A stretch of 38,073 nucleotides of DNA from Trichodelitschia bisporula. Lineage: Eukaryota. A program made the position numbers and the translations under genes. The notes below the pieces were generated by a model that ran no database searches, was not told where the DNA came from, and was given only the letters and a program-made list of their open reading frames with translations. How positions within the stretch are numbered: the stretch's first letter is position 1; every line of letters begins with the position of its first letter. Below, in pieces: positions 22,016-33,797 of the stretch. The stretch covers positions 1,985,803 to 2,023,875 of the forward strand of contig ML996687.1 in the NCBI GenBank assembly GCA_010356995.1, given 5' to 3'.

Positions 22016-23913
22016 CTAATCCTGATCCATAAGCTCCATCTCCGACTCCGTGCTTTCGCCATCAATATCCATATCCTCCCCCTCATTCTCCTCCTCGCCC
22101 TCCTCGCCCCTCCCCTTCTCCTTCGCCCCCTCCTTCACCACCTTCCGCACAACCTCCCCATTCCCCTCCCACCGCTCCAAGCGCCGCAGTGACTTCCTAA
22201 GCACACTCGCCATGCTTTCCGCCTCCTCGCCATACCCAGTAAGCTTCTCCATCGGCCCATCCTCCTCGGAATCGTACCCGGGAGGCCGATTCTTGTACTT
22301 GATCATCGTGCTCAAGAACGGCCCGTCCCGATGGCGCTTCTTCCGCGCACTATCCCGCTCTTCCCGCAGGCCCCGATCAAGAATGTAATCGACCCGCTCC
22401 TTGCGGTACCGCTCCAGAGCAAGCTGGTGACTCGTAAGCGGCCGCGTCCGCTTGTGCGCCTGCTCCGCCCCATTCGGCGCAATGTAGTACCCATGCGGTC
22501 CGCGCCCCGCGCCCTCCGCACCCTCCGCCCCCTCACCCAGTGAATCCGCCTTGAAGCGACCGAACGAGCGCCCGCCCTCCGCAGTGCCGCGGCGCCAGTT
22601 ACCCCGGCCCGGACCCTTTTTCGGCGCTTCGTCGTTGAGCAGCGTGTTGACGCGCATGCCAGCTGGTTTGGCGGGGGTGTGAGCATCGGGGCTGGCCGAG
22701 CGCGTGCGGTCGGTATCAGAGTGGTGCTCGGTCTTCAGGGCGGTAGCGAGGGCCTTGGAGCGGCGCGATGTGCTGGCCGATGGCGCGGGGGAGGTGAAGT
22801 CGCGGGCCGGGCTGGCGTCGTCGCTCATGACGCTGAAGACTGGGTTCTGGGTGTAGCTGCGCTTACCTCCGCGCTTGGGGCCGGTGACCACAGGCGCCAT
22901 GTCGGACTTGAGGATGGCTTCATCGGTTAGCTGAGTAAGAGATGCATTTTTACGAGATTCAACCATACTGGCACGTTCTTGACGTTTGAGCTCGCCAAAC
23001 TCTAGCTCGTCCTTTGTGTCCATGTTTTCGGCGGCTTCTTCCTCGGTAGAAAGTTCCACAAAGGCGGGACACTTGATGGGTGGCGCGCTGGGATCACCAC
23101 CGGTGCGTCCAGGCCCATACGGGTTGTTGCGAGCGGCCTCGCTGGTAAAGTCGCTCTCCAGATACCACCACATGAGCCAGAGGAAGGCGGTGGCGCGGCT
23201 CCCGCTGCTGAAGTTTGTCTTCATGACCAGATCGAAGAAGTCGCGCGGGACGTCAAAGTGCATCTCGGAGACCTTCGGCGCGTTTTGTGCGAGCACAAAG
23301 ATCAAGTTGACCGGATTGGTGCGCGGAATCTCAGCGCGCTGGATTTCTTCGATCGACGACGGCTGCGGAACGTCTTCCGTCGCACCCTTGAGGATAGACT
23401 TCAGACGGGGTGCGTCCTGTAGCTGCTTGTATGCATTCGGGTCCTGATGGGCCTGCAGCGAAGGAATGGAGTGGTAGGTACGCAGCTGCGCTCGCATCTC
23501 AGGGAAGACTGTCGGATGTTAGCGTGATTCATAGGGGCAAGGAATGTCAGACAGTTGAGAGTGGTATTCATGCGCCCAACGTTCACCAGCAGGCAAACCA
23601 TGGCCATGTTCAGCGCGGCGGGACGCTCCGTCAGCAGCTTGTCTTTGAGAATCTTGCTGCACTTGCTGCTCTTCGCCATGGAATCGAGGTAGATATCGGC
23701 GAAGGTATGGTTCCCGGTGCCATCGGAAGCTTTGTGGAAGACCGGCTTGTCGTCTTCGAAGACCATCTTGAGAAAGTCGTACTGGATGTCCTTGCGCCAG
23801 AGGGGCATGCCATCATCCTTCTTCAAATGGCGGATCTTGTTGCCGGAGTAGACGGACGACACGCTGCCGTTCGCGTTACGACGCGTGGTCGTAGTGGTAG
23901 ACTGGTGTGCCAT
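22016..23913 (-). CDS. IES1: INO80 chromatin-remodelling complex subunit Ies1 (~600 aa)
   Basis: Exons 23913-23553, 23508-22969 and 22917-22016; introns 23509-23552 and 22918-22968. Motifs KIRHLKKDDGMPLWRKDIQY, MVCLLVNVGRMNTTLNFFPEMRAQLRTYHSIPSLQ, LQDAPRLKSILK and FLWLMWWYLES. Confidence 0.88.
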
Positions 23914-24412
23914 TCTGGCACTGCGCGATCGTCGGGGATTAGAGTAGGTAGTTAATCGCTAGCCCGATAAATGAGGTGGCGAGTAGAGAGCGTGTGGAAA
24001 TGAAGGTGGAGTTGAAGAGGGTTGCGGAGGTGAGGTTAATGGAGAACGCGGAGAAGTGTGTCAAGAGCCGGCGACACCATCGCGACTTGCTAAGCCATGC
24101 GTGGCGCAGGTACCACACGTCAGCCACATCCACAGCGGGCCCGTGCGCCATCTACAAGTGTGGCGTTAGAGTTCCACCACCATTATCTGCGAGCGCATCT
24201 CTACCATCACGGATGTATAATGTCGGTATCAAGGACTGAGGAGGCACGATACAGATAGAGCATAGGAGGACAATAGGAGTATAGAGATAAAACCAAGAGC
24301 TTGTCCGGTCAGCTTACATCCGTAGAGACGACAGTTACGAGAACCTCCCTAGGACTGGCACACGTCACCTTACGAGACTACTGTGTGCTGCCACGACACT
24401 GCCAAATCGGTG

Positions 24413-24433
24413 TAGGGTTAGGGTTAGGGTTAG
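24413..24433. repeat. Interstitial telomere-like (TTAGGG)3.5
   Basis: TAGGGTTAGGGTTAGGGTTAG read directly. Confidence 0.9.
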
Positions 24434-24584
24434 TGCGCCTTAAGAAAATACACAGGAACAGACAGTAGCCACTCAAGTCATCAACGCAATCATCAATGGA
24501 ATCAATCAGTCGTGCTACATTACGTTAACTCCCTCAACTCCCTACTCCACCACGTCCACCAACCCCCAGCCACCAACCCTAACC

Positions 24585-26992
24585 CTAAAACTCCTCCGTA
24601 TCCATCCCCTCAGCCTCAATAAACACCAGCCGCGTCCCCTCACCCGCCGTCTGCCACACATCAAGCAATGCATACTCATCCAGCGCCTCATCAAACTGAT
24701 CCGCCGTAAACCCCTTAGCAAGCACCCGCTCCCGCACCCGCCGCAAATCCAAATCCCCACTCCCATCCCCCACCGCCGCAGCACCCGACTCCTTCATCCC
24801 GCGCACGAGATGGTAAATCTTGCTAGCGGGCGTATGATCCGCCCGCCCCCGCTCATCAGCATACAAACTCGCCTTACTAACCTCAATAATCCGCAGCGCC
24901 TCATCCACATCATCCGCAATCACCGTCTCCGCGAAGCGCAGCCGTGCGAGCGCCTGCGCCAACCGCACCACCGCGAGCAGTGTGCGGGTGGAAGTGTGTG
25001 TGAAGGCGCGCTTGGCCGATTCGTCTTTCTTGTGCTGCTGGCGCATGCGCACGTACGCGCCGACCAGGTAATCGGCGACGGATTGCGGGACAGTGGGGCG
25101 GAACGCGCGCGCGCGCGCGATCCACTGCCGCAGCTCGGCTTGTGTGAAGACAGCGCCTTCGGGCTCCGGGTGCCGGTTGTGGATGTGCACGTAGGCGACG
25201 TGGCGCGCGAGGTCCTCATCTGTGTCGCGCGAGGGCGTGTCGAGGATTAGGAACATGATGTCGAAGCGGGAGAGTAGGGCTGCGGGTAGGTTGATGTTTT
25301 CCACGGGGGAGATGCGCGGGTTATAGCGGCCGTAGAGCGGATTGGCGGCTGCTAGGATCGAGGCGCGCGCGTTGAGCGTTGTTGTGATGCCTGCTTTTGA
25401 AATGGAGATGGTCTGTTGCTCCATGACTTCGTGGATTGCGGTCCGGTCGCTGTCGTCCATCTTGTCGAACTCGTCGATGCAGCACATGCCGTTGTCGGCG
25501 AGCACGAGTGCGCCGCCCTCGAGAACCATCTCGTCTGTCACCGGGTCCCGCATTACCGCAGCCGTAAGGCCGACGCCGCTGCTACCGCGTCCGGTCGTGT
25601 AGACGCCGCGTGGGGCGACCTTCGTGATATACTTGAGCAGCTGCGACTTGGCCACACCGGGGTCACCCATAAGGCAAACGTTGATATCGCCACGGATGCG
25701 CATGCCGTCGCCCATATCCTTCGTCACACCGCCAATCAGCTGCAACAGCAGCGCCTTCTTCACGTCGAGGTGTCCGAAAATCTCCGGTGCGATAGACCGC
25801 GCCAACATCTCGTACAGCTGGCCTTGGCGCTCCAGCTCGTTCATGCGGCGCAGCGTCGACGGCGCGAGAACCGTGTCTTCGTAGCTCTTCTTGTGCTGCG
25901 TCACGTGTTGCGCTTCCAGGTAAGTGTCCGTCAGCAGCCCGGCGCGGATCGCCTTGAAACCGGTGTAGGGCGTCGGCAGGAAGATGCCCGCGATGTCGAC
26001 CACATCTCCCGGGTTTACCGTCCGCACCAGCGCGCCGTGGCAGTGTACCGTCAGTTGGCGCGGGATGTGCCCGACCGGCACCTGGTCAGCCATCTCCTGG
26101 ATCTTGACCTCCTGGAAGGGCAAAAACTTGGAGGCGCGCGTCGACAGGTGGAGCTGGCCTTTGGCGTTGTTATTCTTGCACTCGTCGCTCGGGCACTCGG
26201 TCAGCGGCGCAAACTGCTTCGCGTTCACCGGCTGGAAGATTTCGTTGCCGCAGCGGTCGCAGGTATACGCGTTGACCTTGATGGCGGGCTTGACGTCGGA
26301 CACGCGGGTAGCAATCCCGCGGATCGTGATCAAGTGCCCGAGGTGCGCGCCGTGGACCTGCCGCACAGCCAGTGCTTTCGACTTCTCGCTGCTCGCGCCT
26401 GACGGTGTCATCGGCTTGAGGTTCAGCGTATAGCGGCGCGTGAGCTCAGGCGGGAAGATGGATGCGGGGACCGTAGCGTCTTGCTCGACAGCTTCCTGCA
26501 CGCGCTCGTTGCGGCGCAGGCGCTGAGACATGATAACGTCGAGCACGTCGTCCTTGAACGAGGGGTCGCGCTCGGCGGGAGGCATCACCTCGTCGACGGC
26601 GCGGGAGAACACCTCGATGTAGTGTAGCGCATTTGTCTCGATGGATGAGATCAAGTGCAAGTCCTGGCCCGCGTCGAGCATGCGCCTCTCGTACTCCACG
26701 AGGTCGTCCAGTTCGATGGTGATGCTGTCTGTGGTGCGGTTCGCAATAGCCTGGAGGACCCGCATGTACTTGAGCTTCGGGCGAGCATCGTCGACAAGGT
26801 CGTAGTCATCGTCGAGGTTGAGGTCGTCAACCGCGGTGTCGATCGACGTGGACTTGAAGGTTTTGAGAAAGTCGGCGAACGCGCCTGCGGGGTTAGCGGT
26901 CTCCAAATAACAAGAGCGGTGCGCTGGAGAAGGAGAGACATACTCTGCTGCTCGCTGTAATTGATATCAACGCGAATATTGAAGAGCGCCAT
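24585..26992 (-). CDS. MCM7: DNA replication licensing factor Mcm7 (~782 aa)
   Basis: Exon 1 26992-26944, intron 26885-26943 (GTATGT..GCTAAC..CAG), exon 2 26884-24585. Zn finger CDRC..CPSDEC, Walker [10 protein letters not shown], Walker B IDEFDKM, Arg finger SRFD and Mcm7-type [19 protein letters not shown]. Confidence 0.96.
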
Positions 26993-27253
26993 TGTGTTGC
27001 TGGCGGTGTTGAGTTTGCCGTCGGCGTAGTGGAGGGCTTTGGCGGCTGGTGTCGTGAAGGCGCGTCGCGAGCGCGTATCCTAGAACTAGCGCCTGGGGCA
27101 TCAGAGTCGCGGTCAGGCAGCAACCTCGAAGCGGCAAGGCGTACTGCAGCACGACCTCGGCCCGCGCGCATAAGCTCCCGCGACACGGGCAAGCTGCGGA
27201 GGCGAACGACTTCAGACAGGAAGACTTCAGACGACAAATCCTCAGCCATTACA
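26993..27253. promoter_or_regulatory. 261-bp bidirectional promoter (MCM7/PEX1) with MCB-like CGCG elements
   Basis: Divergent ATGs at 26992 and 27254. CGCGT (ACGCG on -) at 27061-27065 and 27072-27076 with TCGCGA between them. Confidence 0.5.
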
Positions 27254-30200
27254 ATGCCTCCAAAGCGTCCCGCCGTGCAGGCGGAGGTCGCGCTGCTGCA
27301 CTCACTCAAGAGCTGCCTCGTCAATTTGCCCGCCTCGCTCGTCGTCGCGCTGAGCAATGCGAACACCGTACGTCGCCGCCGCTCCTCCGTGGTCCACTAC
27401 TTACTGTCTTAGGTCGCCCAGAATGTCGTCGTTGAGCTTTCCTACCGGGACAAGACCCCAAAGTCCGTCTTTCTCGGCTGGACTGGCATGCAGAGCAAAC
27501 GCCGTCTCGTACCCGTCGTCAGCCGGGATGGTATCGCCGGCGTTCGTGGCAATCGAGAGCAGGAGGTGCCGCTCGTTGAGATGGACACAGCATTTGCGCG
27601 GCTGCTGGGGATTACAGATGGGCAAAAGGTACTTTAACCCTAACCCTTTCGTCTGAATTCAGCGCTCTAACCTCTATTACAGGTCTCCGTCACCCTCCAC
27701 GTCGACCCGCCCCAGGCTCACACCATCAACATCGAGCCCCTAACCCCCGTCGACTGGGAAATGATCGAGCTGCACGCACAGTTCCTCGAACTCAACTTCC
27801 TATCCCAAGTGCGTGCGCTTCCCAATCCCAGCTTCACCACCGACGGCGCTATCCCCCATCCCATCACCCTCCACCTCTCCCCCACCTCCACCGCCAACAT
27901 CGTCGTTACATCCATCGCGCCGATCCCCACCACACCGTCCCCATTTATCAAGATCTCCGCCGACGCCGAAGTCATCGTCGCACCCAAAGAGCGCAAGCCC
28001 GCCGCCGACCGCGAGCGCGGCGTCAGCACCGGCCGCCGCAGCTCAGCCGGGCGCAGCGGCGCAAGTACTGTCCGGCGGAAGAGTAGCCGCGAGACCACGC
28101 GGGGCGTTGTCTTCCTGCGTGGTGTGGAGCGCGGCGTGGTGCAAGAGTGGTTCGATGACACTGCCGACGCCGACACTGGACTAAAAGTCTGGGTCGACCG
28201 TGACGTGCTGCTGTCCAAGGCCCTGCGCAACGTGACGTGGGTGGCAGTGTCGGTCGTGCGCCCCGTGGGTCTTTTGGAGGCCGTCGACCCGCAAAAGGAG
28301 GCGGCTGAAACGGAGAAACCGACCCTCAAGCTTGTGGCCCAACTCCTCCCGTGGGACGAGGCTCCCGACAGCCACCACGTTGCCCTCTCGTCGCCCCTCT
28401 GCAAGGCACTTGCGTCGGACGGCATGGTGGGCGGCCCGGTTAAGCTCGAGGCGGCACCGGCGCTAATTGCTAAAGGAGACGCAAACGCCGTACGAAAGCT
28501 GAAGGTCCTCCCATTTGGCGCCGTATCCCAAGGTCTCAAGCTCGGCGCGCAGGCTGAGCGGGATGCAGCTGCGCGTGTAGTCAAGGATGTCCTCGGCGAC
28601 TTGCTTGAGGGGCCACTTATTGACGGCATGTTGTTACCCACAAGCGACGAGTTCGCCGGCGGCATCTTGCGCTTCGACCCCCCAGTGCCGGCCACGAACG
28701 GCAAGAGGCCGATGACCTGGTTCCTCGGTTCCGAGCGCAAGCTCCCCCTCGAAGTCGCACCCGAAACCCCGAAACCTGTCTCCTCGCTGAAGCCATGGTC
28801 CCCCGGCGAGGCCTTGCCCGCCACACCACCAGTCATGGTCGGAATCGACCCCCTCATCGAGCAGCTCACCTCCAACCTAGCGCACTCATCTTCCGTCCTA
28901 CTCACCGGTGGCCTGGGCGCAGGCAAGACGAACCTCGCGCAGCTCGTCGCCCACCGCCTGCGCCACGAACTCCTCTTCCACACCGCGTACTTCTCATGCC
29001 GCAACCTCGTCACCGAGGAGGCGCGCGTGTCTACCATCAAGGAGGCCCTGACCCGCCTCTTCGCGTCCGCCGCGTGGGGCGCCCGCCGCGGCGGCCGCGC
29101 GCTCATCGTCCTTGATGACCTTGACCGCTTGTGCCCCGTCGAGACGGAGCTCCAGGTCGGCGGCGAAAATGGCCGCAGTCGGCATGTTAGTGAGACCCTC
29201 TGTGCCATCGTGCGGCAGTTCTGCGGCCCGGACAGCGGTGTCGTGCTCCTCGCTACCGCACAGAGCAAGGAGGCCCTAAACAACGTCGTCGTTGGCGGCC
29301 ACGTCGTGCGCGAAATCACCAGCCTCTCTGCCCCAAATAAGGACGGTCGTCGCCGTGTGCTCGAAATGCTCGCCCGTGGTGAAGCCGGCCCCGCTGACGG
29401 CCCCAGCTTCAGCGTCGCGCCGCACATCGACTTCCTCGACCTTGCTGGCCAGACGGACGGTTATATGCCCGGCGACCTCGTGCTACTCACCGCGCGCGCA
29501 CGCTCCGAGTGCTTAATCCGCACTCTCGCCGAGGCCGCGCCCGCACGCCCCGGATCAGCCGGCGCGCCGTCAACATTCGAGCTCGGCGCCAGCGACTTCG
29601 CCGCCGCGCTGAAGGGTTTCACACCCGCATCCCTCCGCAACGTGACGCTCCAGAGTAGCAGCGTGGAATGGAGCTCAATCGGCGGGCTCCACACAACCCG
29701 GCAGATGCTCCTCGAAACGCTCCAATACCCAACAACCTACGCCCCCATCTTCGCCAAATGCCCCCTCCGCCTGCGCTCCGGCCTACTCCTCTACGGTTTC
29801 CCCGGGTGCGGCAAAACGCTCCTCGCCTCCGCCATCGCCAGCACCGCAAACCTAAACTTCATCTCCGTCAAAGGACCTGAAATTTTGAACAAGTACATCG
29901 GCGCCTCGGAAAAGTCAGTGCGGGACCTGTTCGAGCGCGCTCAGGCGGCCCGGCCCTGTGTACTTTTCTTCGATGAATTCGACGCAATTGCGCCGAAGCG
30001 CGGGCATGATAGTACTGGTGTCACAGACCGCGTGGTCAACCAGCTGCTGACGCAGATGGACGGTGCCGAAGGGCTCTCAGGCGTGTATGTCCTGGCCGCG
30101 ACCTCGAGGCCGGATCTTATCGACCCCGCGCTTCTGCGTCCGGGGCGTCTGGATAAGTCCCTCCTCTGCGGGATGCCGGACGCTCACGAGCGCGCGGACA

Positions 30201-30817
30201 TCCTCCGCGCCGTAGCGGCGCAAGTGCGCGTCGGCCCGGAGGTCGGCGACCGCTGGCCCGAAGTCGCGGCCGTGACGGAGGGGTTCTCAGGCGCGGATCT
30301 GCAGGCGCTGGTGTACAATGCGCAATTGGAGGCTGTGCACGAGGCCCTGGGCGAGGCGGATGTGAGTGTCGGGCGGCGCGTGAATGGCGCGGGTGAGGGG
30401 GGCAAGGGCGGGCCTGATTTCACATATTTTCGCTTTGGCGATCCGGAAGTCCAGTTTGATGAGGAGGTGGGTTCTAAGGCGCTGGCGGAGCGGGCGCGGG
30501 TTGCGGCGCAGCTGAGGGAGTTGGCGGTTGTGAGGCGCAAGATGAGGGCTGGGAGGCGGGATGAGGTCGAGGGTGCAAGGGAGGTGTATCATTCTGGGGA
30601 AGAGGAGGCGGGCCCGAAGACGGAGTCTGGGCATCGGTCGCCGGTGATTGAGTGGCGGCACATGCAGAGCAGTCTCAAGGCGACGCGGGCGAGTATCAGT
30701 GCTGAGGAGCGGCGGCGGCTGGATGGGATTTATAGGTCGTTTGTGGTGGGCCGCAGCGGAGACTTGCCGAGCGGGCAGGGCGGGACGGATGTTGGGGGGC
30801 GGGTGAGCCTCATGTAG
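27254..30817 (+). CDS. PEX1: Peroxisomal biogenesis AAA+ ATPase Pex1 (~1154 aa)
   Basis: Exons 27254-27367, 27413-27628 and 27683-30817. N-terminal LKSCLVNLP, VFLGWTG and IEPLTPVDWEMIELHA (PEX1-N); D1 GGLGAGKT/LDDLD; D2 PLRLRSGLLLYGFPGCGKT, FFDEFD and TSRPDLIDPALLRPGRLDK. Confidence 0.95.
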
Positions 30818-30970
30818 ATTATTGTAGGTCTATCTGGACTACTTGTAACTTTTGAGCCGAGTCACGGCGAGGGGCAGAATCTAGGTCGGCGAAAGCTCAA
30901 CTGACTCGATGTCTTGCCACATTATGACTGTCCCTACCGACTCCATGAACGCAATGCTAACACAGCCGGC

Positions 30971-31872
30971 CTACAACTCCGGGAACAGCGCCTTCAGCTG
31001 CGCAATGGTGTCCTCCGGATTCTTGACGCTGTGTCCGATCGTACGCGGGTCGCTGTAGATCTCGAAGTCGTTCCCGCCCTTCATCGTCTTGTCACCGAAG
31101 AAGTGGATCGTCTCGAACTTGACGCCGTCCGGCCGCTGCGGGTCAGCCTCAAGGTGCTGCAGGCAGTACGTCTTGTCCCAGCCCGTGGGGAACACGTCGA
31201 AGGAAATCGCACCGCCGATGGAGAACCTGTGTCGTCAGCTTGCGCCTTCACGTCAAACAAGCACCCACGTCAGGCTCAGGTCCGAGAATTCCTTGCGCAG
31301 CGCCTCCACCATCTTCTCCCGCACCTTATGCTCAGCGTCGTACTCGGAGAACGCATGGCGCTCATCGTTGCTCGCATTACGCCCAATTGGCGAAACATTG
31401 ATCATGCCATTGCGAAACTCAACAAACGTCCCGCGCATAACCGGCAAATCCAGCTCCGAGATATACCGCAAGCAGAACTTCGCCAGACGCTTATAATTCT
31501 CCTCGCCAATCCACCCAATGAAGCTCTGCGTCGCGAGCGGGACACCGAGGCGGTACGCCGTCAGCCCGTTCTCGGGAAAGCAGAAGTCGAAAAGGCTCGT
31601 GACGTTGACGTCCGCGCTTCCTAGCTGCTCCTGCTGCTTCGCCATGTCTGATCCGCCGACGTAGCCGATCGCGACGCGCTGGCGGAGCCGCGACAGCAGC
31701 ATAAGGATCTCAGGGCTCGCGGGCTGCGGACCGGTCAGCGGCGAATATGGCGGGGTGATGGAAGACGCACCCGGCGTGACGGCGTCAGTGTCTCGTCGAC
31801 ATCGAACAGCACGATTGTGTTCTTGATGGGGCGGTCCGCGAGGGCGGGGATGATGGCGCCGGCGGCGGTCAT
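30971..31872 (-). CDS. SEC53: Phosphomannomutase (~270 aa)
   Basis: Exons 31872-31771, 31723-31269 and 31226-30971; introns 31724-31770 and 31227-31268. Motifs [54 protein letters not shown] and [16 protein letters not shown]. Confidence 0.95.
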
Positions 31873-32379
31873 GGTTGCAGGACGAGGGGAGAGTGAGGAA
31901 TGGTAAGGTGGAGTGGAGTTGTGTAGAGGTGGAGAAGGCGGAGTCGAGGAGGTGTGGAGGTGTGGAGGCGCGTGGAGGTGCGTGGAGTTGCGGTGCATTA
32001 AATTCACGAACTGTCCTCACCGCACTTTGAGCTCCCCGCATCATCACGTGCGCGCAGCAGTTGACGGCTAGCCACTACCAGTTGGCGGCGGGAGCTGCAA
32101 GGGAGAAGTTGACCAATTTTATCCAATCAGTGACAGGAATTGGGGACGTGTCGTCCGTTTTGGGAAATGGTAAGGGATCGGGACGTGTTTTTGTCCTTGG
32201 ATGGTCCCATAAGCAGCTAACGCGCATTAGTTGAAAGCTCAAGCAGCCTACATACGCATCAGTCAAAAGCTCATCAAGCTGCCTACTTAAGCACTTTTGC
32301 AGGTATTTAATTAGTGGAACGCAACCAACGAAATTGAATTTCTCCTTATGTAAGGAGGTCTCCCACCCTATCCATAGCA

Positions 32380-32994
32380 AATTGCTTCACCTTCACCCGT
32401 AGCATACGGCGTATAGCAGCCGTACCGTGGTCCATAGACCGGGGCGGAAAAGGGTGGGGAAGTCGGTCCCGTTAGGGAGGTGGGCGGTGTAATCAGTACT
32501 GCCTCGCCTCCGTTCTTCAACCTTGAGCAGGACAGCCGCCGTGATAGTCATGTGCCCAAGAAGCCAGAGATCTCTGTCTTAGTAGAGCTGGGACCAGGTC
32601 TCTAACAGCCCAACCTCAAGAACAAGTTTGCAGACGAGATCATCCCCTTCATTGTATGACTCAACCAGGAGATTGGGCACTTTTTCCGAACCACGGTATT
32701 GGCCGATAAACTCAAGAACGCCCTGTGCAGTTGATAGCACGAGGTCCAAGCCCATAGAGTTTCTCATCGCATCTGAAACGGCACCGATGAGGCCCTCGTG
32801 GATCGGCGAATGGTGTAGGTAATAATCGCTTTACTAGTAACAGCATTCCATTGGAGTATGGGGAATCTTGACCTAATTACTAGTTAGCCGACATAGCTCG
32901 GGCGGATGACGAGAGGGGAGGCCGGCGGCACATACGAATCCTCCGTATGGAGGGCCTCAAACTCCGTTCTTGTCATAGGAATGCGCATCGTCAT
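32380..32994 (-). pseudogene. Decayed Uma2-like/PD-(D/E)XK restriction-endonuclease-fold protein (boundaries approximate)
   Basis: Exon MTMRIPMTRTEFEALHTEDS splices in frame over intron 32873-32935 (GTATGT..GCTAAC..TAG) to SRFPILQWNAVTSKAII. After a frameshift near 32808-32822 it reads SPIHE...FIGQYRGSEKVPN...LVLEVGLLETWSQLY*DRDLWLLG...VLLKVEE, with a premature TAA at 32579-32581. Confidence 0.65.
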
Positions 32995-33797
32995 GCCCTC
33001 CGTACATTAACTAGATTGAAGACACATAAGGCCTACAAGACTTACTTCGTAGTGTGGAGAGACGGCGGCACAGAAAGTGAATGAACGCAAATGTAAGATT
33101 GAAGACACTGCAACTAACTGGGACTGGGAACCCACACGACTGAGTACAAGCCTCTCTCAGAGCCTCCTTCTCAACCGTCGGTGTTCACCGGTCCCTGCCT
33201 CCTACCATGTATTGGTAGGCTCTTGCTAAGAAGTGCAGGTAAGCCTGCTCCATGAGGCGATATGTAAGGCGCTTGCTGTTACACCCTATGTTCCTTCCCC
33301 ACATCACTGAGGACCCCAAACCACTCATGAGGGTCCAACTAGTCAGAAGTTTAGTCGTGACTGTAGTTGCCAACCGCCCCGACCGACCTCGGGCAACCGG
33401 ATTTAGCCAAAGGCCGGGCCGGTTCCGCCATACTGGCCGGGCATCTTTCTGGATGCATATCGGGCGAGACCAGACCTATGAATCCGCCCGTTTCGCCCAT
33501 CCGCGCCCGCTAGTGGGCGCGGCCGGGGATGGGCATCACCGGTACCACGAAGAAGAGACACGACGCATGAATGAAGTCCAACAACTAGTATCACGCCGCC
33601 GCACCTATCCACAGCAGCCGCCAATGCCTCAGTGCAAGGGAAATAATGAAGGATAACTCCGCCGCAAATCTACGTATCAGTATTCAGCACAACGTCCCTC
33701 ATCCAGCTCATGCCTCGTCTACTCAGCTCTCATCAACTCATGTTCTCATCCACTCATGTCCTCTTCAAATCATGCTCTCCTCCACACATCCAGGTAC

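Noticed and set aside
24209..24323. 9-bp inverted repeat ACGGATGTA/TACATCCGT as MITE ends
   Set aside because: Too short to distinguish from chance, with no clear target-site duplication.
27718..29427. 569-aa - strand ORF (likewise 25416-26402, 6718-7580, 17856-18806, 30914-31624)
   Set aside because: These lie antisense to well-supported conserved genes and translate to low-information Arg/Ser/Ala-rich or mirror-codon sequence.
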